From positions 2,395,373 to 2,459,372 of the forward strand of contig CAJINV010000009.1 of the NCBI GenBank assembly GCA_905178155.1: a DNA stretch of 64,000 bases, read 5' to 3'. This DNA comes from Amoebophrya sp. A120. Taxonomy: Eukaryota; Protista; Dinoflagellata. The translations under genes were made by a program, and so were the position numbers. Numbering within the stretch: position 1 is the stretch's first letter; every line of letters starts with the position of its first letter. The notes below the pieces were generated by a model. The model was given only the letters and a program-made list of their open reading frames with translations. It had not been told where the DNA came from and did not search any database. Below, piece by piece: positions 56,212 to 64,000 of this stretch.

Positions 56212-59200
56212 TTACATCAAGCCCACACCAAACTTCCCCATGGTCCAGCTGTGTAGATCGTGCCAAAACAGCGCCAGAAACCGATCGCTTAAACTGCTGG
56301 AATTCTTCATCGCAAATTTGTCTGCGTCCGACAAATGGACACCGAAATTGTTCTTGGAATGAAAGTCGATTCGTTCAAAGTTCGGGATCGGGTCGGTGGT
56401 CAGGTAGCTCTGTATGCAATACAAATTTTCCGTACATGTACAAGAATCACGAATTTATACCAATTTGAAGCGTAAAACTTGTCATGCTAGAGTAGGGTCG
56501 AAGCCTATTTTTGTCATGCAGAGACCGCATGTGTACGTGTACGGGAAATTTACTCTGGATACTCTGGAAAATCATCTTCCCGACGTAGTCCTCGTTCACG
56601 TTCACACTGGGTTATGCAACACAAATTTTCCGCACAAAAACATGTACTACGAAACGCATCGCAAGGTCTTGCAACAACTTAGATGAAGAGCACACGACAA
56701 CTTGTCATGCTGCATAGGCTTGAAGAAAAGTTTTGCCATGTAGAAACTGCATATAATTATAACGCGTTCAACTGTTGAATCAAAAAAAGTTTTCAAATTT
56801 TTTTTCAAGTGTAGAAGTGTGTTGCCGCGCAACCTCGACCGGCCTTGGAATGTTTTGCCTGAAAAGAGTCGTGCTCTTTTTCTGTCGCCCCTGCCGTCTC
56901 GGTTTCTAGTTGCCGCTTGCGTGCTCATTGCGAGTACGCGCCGGCCATCGCAGCGCAAGGGCCAAAAAAATCGCCTGTCGGGAAGTGGCTTCGGGGGGCA
57001 ACAGCGCAAGAGCTCCGCAAAAGCCCTCCAGCAAGGCATGCCACGACCCCAGCTGGATGCTGTCTGACACGAGGCGAGTGGCGCCGCCGCAGCCGTGTGG
57101 CCTTAGAAGCCCAGACCCCGCTCGAAGGCATGGCTCTGCTCCCTTCCTATTAGACCCGGATCATTTGAGCTCCTGCCCTGGCACGGGGGCAGAGCCTGGA
57201 TCGCAGCGGGATGGGAAGACAAGCCGTCAGAGGCATTGCCAAATTACCAGACGCGAAGCCGACCATAAGACTGCCGTCACCCGCGCCGCGGATAGAGGAG
57301 TGCGTCGAAACATGGCGCAAAAGCCTTGCTGCCCCACTGGCGGCGGAGGAGCCAGGATGGGGATCCACAAGGCCAGCCCCGGCATGCCTGTTGCCCTGAG
57401 GCAATTCGACCTGCATTGCTTTGGATTTGTGCTGCTTCGGGACCTCCCCGGGGGACCTCCCCGAGGGACCTCCTAAATCCGACCAAAAGTGGAATGGTTC
57501 GGAAAATCTTCGCCCGATGGTATGAGACCTCCTCGTAGAGGTCCCTTGAGGACCTCCCTTGGGGACCTCCGGGAACGCCTCGAAAGGCCAGACTTCGGCT
57601 CTCACCTTTCCGCAGGACAAGGTCAGCGCCCCCCACTCCTGGAGCAAAGCGAACGGCCAACCCCGGAGCCCCGACCTGAAGGCGGGCGCACGGGTTTCTG
57701 CCAACACTGTGGCGGACTTGTAGGGCCCAAGCTGCGCATGGTGGAAACGCCACGCAGCCTGCCGCCCGAAAATAACAGTCGCGAAATCTGAGCGAAGGGC
57801 ACACAAGCTTCGCCCAAAAACGCCATCCCGCTGGCCAGCGCCTGTTCCTTCATTGCAACAATGGCCGCGCGCCATGAGGTTCACTAAGAAAACCAACATG
57901 TCTTCCGCGACAGGCGAGCTTCAGAGGCCGTGGCAAATTGGTGGACAAGACAAGACGGGCGTCTAGCTAGTCTCCGATATGATAGCTTTCCGCGCCCGCT
58001 TCACCGTCATGCTTCCGGAGCCGCGCAAATTGCCCCAAAGGCTACGCGACTCCGTGCGGCGGCCTTTTTACCCGGGCCCGTGCAGCACAACTGTGCGACC
58101 GGTCGAGGGCTCGACTCGGCGCCCGACTCTAGCATAAGTCAGTTTGAATGCTCAAGATCTGCGCGCTGTGTGCGGATTCTTTGCTCGCCGATTCTGGTGG
58201 GCTTCTGCGCGCGCGCTTTCCGATACTTAAAGAAAAATTTGAAAATATTTTTTGATTTAACAGTTGATCGCGTTATAATAATCAGCCGTTGTGCGTTGTG
58301 TACGGAAAATTTCTGTGGATATGGGCCACCGTTTCACGTTCAACACGTAGGTTCTCGGGACCAAGTCCGTCGTTCTGGGACAGAGCTTCAACATCTCCTT
58401 CTGGACGCCGTGAATCGCGGTTGCGTCCTCTCGCAGAAACGACGGATCCGTGTTGGCGATCTCCTGGTCCAATGTTTTCGAAAACATCGCCCGGGCCTTC
58501 CCGAGCATGGAGGTTTTGCTGAGCACCAACTGCTATCAACTGCAAATATGTCTGGGTCTGGAAGAGTTGGGGCTTGTCATGCACATTTTGCATGACCCGC
58601 GAGGTCTGTGATGCTGGTGCTAGCATGACAGAATTTTTGAAAGCTTCTTGATGCTAATTACACATGAGAAATGCCCTCTCTGCGTGCCAAGAGCTGACTC
58701 CTCTTGCTGCTCATGCAATACAGACATTTTTAGAATCCGCAGACAGCATTACAAGTTCCACTCTTCCAGACCCAGACATTTTTGCATTTGATAACTGCTT
58801 CTGGTTTCGCATGTTGTACACGGCGTCCCACAGGACCTGCCCGGCGTATCGCAAGAACAAACTGCTTCACTTTGAACTTGTGATGCATAGAACGGAACGC
58901 AAATGTGTTTGTCTTGCTGCACATGCAAGACATTGGTTTTTTAGCTGTGTTTTCCCTTAGGAAGCACGCATGCCAAGTTTTCTTTGTCATGTGCAACAAA
59001 CTTGTGATGCAGATCTTGCAAACTCGTCACAGTGAAACATTTTTTTTTGTGGGATACGGCGGTCGTGTCCTCTAAAGTGACGTGCAAATACGGGTTGGGT
59101 TTGTTCGCGAAACTGTCTCCAAATCCGGTCGTGTCCGAAATCTCCAAATCTGCCAACTTCAACCAGGGATGCGGCGGCTCCTTCGCCAAATCCTTCGGCA

Positions 59201-60922
59201 AATTCGCGGAGTTCAAAAGATCCGCAGCGGGGTTGGAAATCCGCAAATTCGGCACCCCGCTGTTCGCCTTGGTCTTCGCCGGGTCGCGGGAAAAAAGCCC
59301 GACTGATGTTGAACTCGCCCCGTCCCCGTGTCCGTCCGGAATCGCGTTGTAAGTTTTTTTGCCGGTAAGCGGGTTGACTTGCTGTTTCTGCGACTTCGAG
59401 GACCTCCCTCTGTAGTAGTACGACGGGTACATCCGCTGTGCGTGTTTGATCGCTTTCGCTTTTTGCCGCAACAACGCGATTATGCACTGCAAATATGTCT
59501 GGGTCTGGACGGGCAGAACTTGTATTGTTTGTCTCGCATCCCCAGAAAATCTGTGATGCAGCGGGACCAACAAAAGCAAGACTTCTCGCTTCATACAAAG
59601 ACGCAGGTTGTAATGCGCGCCACCCATCATGAGCAAGCAGGCATAATGAAAATATTTGTCATGCTTGGCCCCACTTGGAAGGTTGTTCAATTATGACCAT
59701 TCAGCATCACAAGTTTCCAGAGCCAGGCATATTTGCAGTGCATAGCGATCCGGACATCCCGCGCTTCCCGGCTGTTGTCGATCGTGGGGTGGAGGGGTTT
59801 GGAAAGCAGATCGCTCCCGCTTTTCGCCTGTTTCGGGGGAAACATCCAATACTTTGCACTCTTGTAGAGAAAGTACGGACCGAGATACAAGGGGTTACTC
59901 GTCACCAAATACGCCCCCACCGCCCCCGGTCCGGTCAACGCCTTTCCGAACTGCCGGCCGACGTCCCAGGCAAGCGCCTTCCCGGCTTGGACCCGGTACG
60001 TGTCCGACCCCGCAGCCTCGTTCGGCGCCCTCTCCTGCTTCACCCGACTGGTATGCCAACTTTCCAACGCCTCTCGGGAGAGGTATTGCCCAATCCGGCT
60101 GTACAGCCAGATCGGATTTCCGGACCACTTCGTCCAGGACTTCTTTGGCCGGGCCGCTAGACTCCACAGCATCGGGGTGTTCGTCTGCGGGTCCTTCCGG
60201 AACGGCGCGAATAGCATCGGGTTCGGGTACTCCTGCTTCCCCATCCCCCGTTTCGTTGTCGGGAAGTTGTTCCGGGTGCAGAAGAAGTCTTCTAGATTCG
60301 TCCCCTTCAAATTCTCCGATCGGTACAGCTCCGTCAGGTGCGGTTTGTACTGAATCTCCTCAATCCCGTACCGGGTTCGACCCCCGGTTTCGTAATTCTT
60401 CGTGTTGGCGTTGCTATTTCCGGTTTGCACAGTACTCGTCCCGTTGTAGACGTGGACTCTGGAGAACGGGTTGGAGGGCGGCTTCGTGTAGTTCCGCTGC
60501 ATGATGGCGTTGTCCTTGTCCAAGTTTGTCCGGTCGCTGTCCTCGGACTTCAAATACTCCCGCATTTTCGTTCTGTCCGTGTTCAGAAAATCCTGCCAGT
60601 CCGCGAATTTCTCACTAACCTCTCCAGAAGGTTCCGGACGGGTCTCGACGTCAAAGGGGTGCGGCGGGAGGTCTTTGAAGGAAGTAGGCTGGTCTTCGAC
60701 GTCCTGTTCGAAATCTGGTTCTGGAGCTTTGTTATTTTCATTGGCCATTAGTTGCTCGGGTGGAGGAGGATCGGGTGGCGGGTCGGTTTCAGCTGCTGTG
60801 GCTGGGTCGACCGGTTTGATGTCGGCTGCATTGGAAGCAGGATCTTCAGCAACAGCTCCTGGAGGCTGTGCAACAGTAGTTGCTGCAGTTGGAGATGAAT
60901 TGGCGTTGCTGCTGCCCAACAT
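56212..60922 (-). CDS. Hypothetical protein (Pro/Ala-rich N-terminus, possible C2-like segment), 5 introner introns
   Basis: Long exon 60922-59745; in-frame joins such as DVRI|ALLRQ, KRWP|SVNVNE, IFQ|SYLTT; start tentative. Confidence 0.7.
56413..56561. mobile_element. Introner family E
   Basis: TAT...ATA, TSD ctctg. Confidence 0.9.
56613..58321. mobile_element. Introner (E-related) containing a nested 1.5-kb TIR element
   Basis: TAT...ATA, TSD tgggt/tgggc. Confidence 0.85.
56758..58277. mobile_element. 1520-bp non-autonomous TIR DNA transposon with TAT...ATA ends
   Basis: ~55-bp TIR tataacgcg(t/a)tcaactgtt(g/a)aatcaaaaaa..ttttcaaattttt; TSD ataat on both sides; GC-rich interior with no convincing ORF. 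Confidence 0.9.
58534..58793. mobile_element. Introner family A
   Basis: TAT...ATA, TSD actgc. Confidence 0.9.
58847..59056. mobile_element. Introner family G-like
   Basis: TAT...ATA, TSD cggcg. Confidence 0.85.
59481..59744. mobile_element. Introner family A
   Basis: TAT...ATA, TSD gcgat. Confidence 0.9.
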
Positions 60923-61925
60923 GTCGAGTGGGGAGGGTGCGTGTGACGCCACGATCGCGTTACCGAGGTCGGAAGCAACCTCTATCTTTATTCCCGTTAG
61001 TTATTGTTCAAAATTCTACGCGACAAGCACCAGGTCATCTCGTCTGATATTATCATGTGTTCCCAATCTCAATGTGGTAGGTTGCGTGATAGATCTGGGC
61101 TGGGGCGAGTGATGATAGACACTGACCTCAAGAAATAAACAAAGACGAACGACAAACAGAAAGGACTCTTCTTATCACGACATCAAAGCGTCGTCGAGCT
61201 CCCGTTTGTAGTACAACTCGTCACTCCTACTAATTCCGTTAACCACCTGCACCAGACAAGTTCTCTCAACTACTCTCTCCTGCTTTCAACAATTAAGTTT
61301 TTCTAGGTCTAGGGAGGATCCCAGTCAAATATAAAAGCAGCCGATAACGACGCATATAATACCGGACGAGGAGACGAGAGGAGCGAACAGGGGAAGCAAG
61401 CCTCCAACGCATGGGAATGGATGTTGATCTGCTTCTACAAGATAGGACCGGCACCGCCCTTGGTGCTGCGTGTGATCATGTTCTACTTTATGTCTCATGT
61501 TCATCTAGTACTTTCACTTTGCTATACTTGATGCTCTGCTGTGGTTCACTTACTGGACTCGTCTGGATGCCTCGTCCGGGCGGGGAGGCTACAACTTAAA
61601 TACTATACTCTACTTTTTACAAGAACTTCTCGAAGGTCAGCAAAGATAACTTGTTCCAAAATCGGGCACGGAAACTGTAATTGAGTGGGTCTTCTAGATT
61701 TTCCATCCAGAGGCGAAACACTGTTTGTTGTATTTAAGTGTAGTTTTCTTTTTTCTATACGAAGTCACTGATTTTGTTTTTCTATACGAAGCGGGCTGCT
61801 CTTGATGAGAGTACCAGTACCGCTGGCGTTGCGTCACCAAGTAAAGCAAAAGATATGGCATCGATTTCGATTTGTACACCAATCCGATTTCGTAGCAGCA
61901 GCTGCCAGAAGCTTGAGCTTTTGTT

Positions 61926-64000
61926 TTAGATTCCACAGTACTCGTAAACGTGACTCCAAGTCAAATCGGCTTGTTCAGTCGCTTCATCCTGCAACATGAA
62001 AAGCGAGTACGGCTGGTACATTACTGTGGTCAGAATGAAGAGAAAGTAAAAGCAAGTAGTAACTTGCATAAGCGTGAAAACCTCCGGAAACAACCGCCAC
62101 GAAGCCCCTGCTACTTGCTTCGGCTCGGAATCCGGTAAAAAAATTCCCACGAACCTCGGCAACAACACCTCCGCTTGCTCGTCATTAAACACCGCAAATT
62201 TCCAAGTAATAACAGCCCACTCGACGATGTCGTTTACGAAGAAAATAATCGAGGCAACCTATCGTGCGGAAAAATCCCCCCTCCCCCTATTCAAAAGAAA
62301 ATTTCTGATGCGCGGTTTGTGTAGTAGTACTTACACAAGTCGGTTAGTACCACTAGAATACTAAGGGATCCAGCTGCGGCTTCGATTGCAGGCAGTTGCC
62401 TTCCCCCCACGCCAGACTTGGGACGACAGTCTGACAGATTCCGACTCTCTCCCTTTCTAGCATGACGCATTGAAGTAGATTTGTTTTTGTATTCACATAT
62501 CATGTTAAAGCTACACAAATCTCGCTTTGCATACGGGGAGGGGTGATTTTTCATTTTGATGCAATCAGTCCGAACATAATTTCCTCGTTCGTTTGCGGAA
62601 ACCCGGGGAACAGTGACACGTTGTTCGCCAGTCCAATGAGAGGGACGAAAATCAGCGTCAACGACGTCATCATCCGGCAGTGCGCGCGAATCTGGTACCG
62701 TTTGAAGTTTTCCTGGCGGTAAAAATCAATGCAGTGTTTGAAAGCCTTCAGCTCTGCCGCAGAAACCGGCTCCACTGCTTCTGTTTTTGCTACTTTGTCT
62801 TCCTGCCCAAGTAAAAACTTCACTAGCGTCCGGGTCGTCGCCGCTGCCTGGCGCGCGCCAGTAGAGACGTCCTGCCGGAGACTGCTGGTCTTCAACACCG
62901 TGTGGCTTTTCGACCCGACCGGCATGCTCAGGGCCTTCTCGACTGACATTACAGCTACGCCGGCAGAATTGCAGGTGCCGGCTAGCTATCGACTGCACAC
63001 ATGTCTGATTCTGGAAATTTGCAACGCTTGTCATGCCCGTTTTCCATACTTAGCCCACGAGGTGTAGCAGAATTTAGGACCTAGTATGACAGATTTTGTG
63101 AGATAGAGATCCCACGCATGCCTATCCTGCACGAGAAACTCCCTCTGAACTTGGTCAAAAGTGGACAACTTTTGGTAGGTAATCACGCAACACAACACCT
63201 GTAAGCTTTTGCACGATCCCGACTTAGCATCAAAGATTGCAGCTTTCCAGACTCCGACACATTTGCAATACGTACTAGCACCCTACTGTTTTCGCAGCTG
63301 CGCGCTTCGCTTCCGCTTGTTCGTCCGTCCATTGGCGTATTAACTTGCTTCTCCTCTGCAGCTTCTTTCGCAAAAACAGTTTGCTTCTCCGTTTCCATTG
63401 CGAGCAAGTTGGGAAAAAAGGCTGCTTCTTCATTGCCGCGCTCGGATCCGCCGGCGTTCGGCGGCTCTTCTGGTACGACTTGCACTGCTCCGTAAGAGAC
63501 ATCTGCCACCTCTTGGTTGTACAAATCCCGAAATACTTTTTTCGGTACGTTTCGGATCTTCAGCCGGATGTTCGAAAAGTGCAGGGCCAAAGTTTTCTTG
63601 ATGCCGCTAGTACCCGAGTCCTGCTCTTTCTGTTGTCCGTCGTCAGCAGCACCAGCGCCACTATTCCTATTTTGCTCCTCTGCAAGTTGCTGCTCGAAGT
63701 CAATCTCCTCGTCAAAAGCGATGGAAAAGCGTCGATTAACAGAACTTATGCGTTGCAGGTTGTAACAAACTTTAGTAACCCAGCGCCAACTCTGCGGCAC
63801 GTGCTCTAGATCGTCGAAGTCGCAAATTTTCAACGCGAACACCAAAATCGCTTCACTTTGCCGCAAAGCGAAGTGCCAAACGTGGTAAGTCAGGTCCCGG
63901 AACAATACAAAAGCGATGGTCGCAGGAGATAAAACCAGGAAAACCCCGCGGCCCATTCCGAACCGCATCGAGTCGAACATGTAGTGGAGGACGCAGGTAA
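61926..64000 (-). CDS. Hypothetical multi-pass membrane protein, 3' part; 2 introners; 5' end outside the window
   Basis: ORF pieces 63183-63980, 62551-62949 and 61926-62192 are separated only by introners; FGLI|ASIIFF join is in frame; several hydrophobic segments. Confidence 0.7.
62260..62561. mobile_element. Introner family I (variant right end ATG)
   Basis: TAT...ATG, TSD caacc/caatc. Confidence 0.8.
62987..63274. mobile_element. Introner family A (variant right end GTA)
   Basis: TAT...GTA, TSD ctagc. Confidence 0.85.

Noticed and set aside
10416-63274. Recurrent repeats as a CRISPR array, or as bacterial REP/IS elements
   Set aside because: The repeats are inverted termini of dispersed elements with TSDs inside spliced eukaryotic genes; there is no repeat-spacer periodicity and no cas gene.
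10620-63502. Many short ORFs containing CKNVWVWK, LPDPDIF, FVMQ or CMT motifs
   Set aside because: They are translations of introner TIRs and GCATNAC motifs, not proteins.

Overview
Eukaryotic, intron-rich genomic DNA. It most likely comes from a parasitic dinoflagellate of the Amoebophrya (Syndiniales) type; this is inferred from the co-oriented genes and the masses of non-canonical inverted-repeat introns. Bases 1-~9400 look like the right-hand part of a large composite DNA transposon. It carries the C-terminus of a tyrosine recombinase (+ strand, not in the ORF track), a 220-aa unknown gene, and a 4-exon ~1335-aa DDE transposase with hAT-like CxxH, RW and E motifs. It ends in loxP/FRT-like inverted repeats with 8-bp spacers and subterminal repeats. 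The rest of the window holds eight host genes, all on the minus strand: a DBP5/DDX19 helicase, an aldo-keto reductase, a secreted Kelch+EGF protein and five hypotheticals. I mapped by eye 71 complete introner elements (143-378 bp when unnested) plus 2 truncated ones, in about 10 TIR families. Nearly all follow one rule: TAT...ATA ends, terminal inverted repeats, a 5-bp target-site duplication and internal GCAT(G/C/T)AC arrays. At the junctions I translated, removing the element plus one TSD copy restores the reading frame without GT-AG. Several introners contain nested insertions: three Helitron-like elements, another introner and a 1.5-kb TAT...ATA element. There is one assembly gap (N at 15595). 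Coordinates were read manually and no database searches were run.
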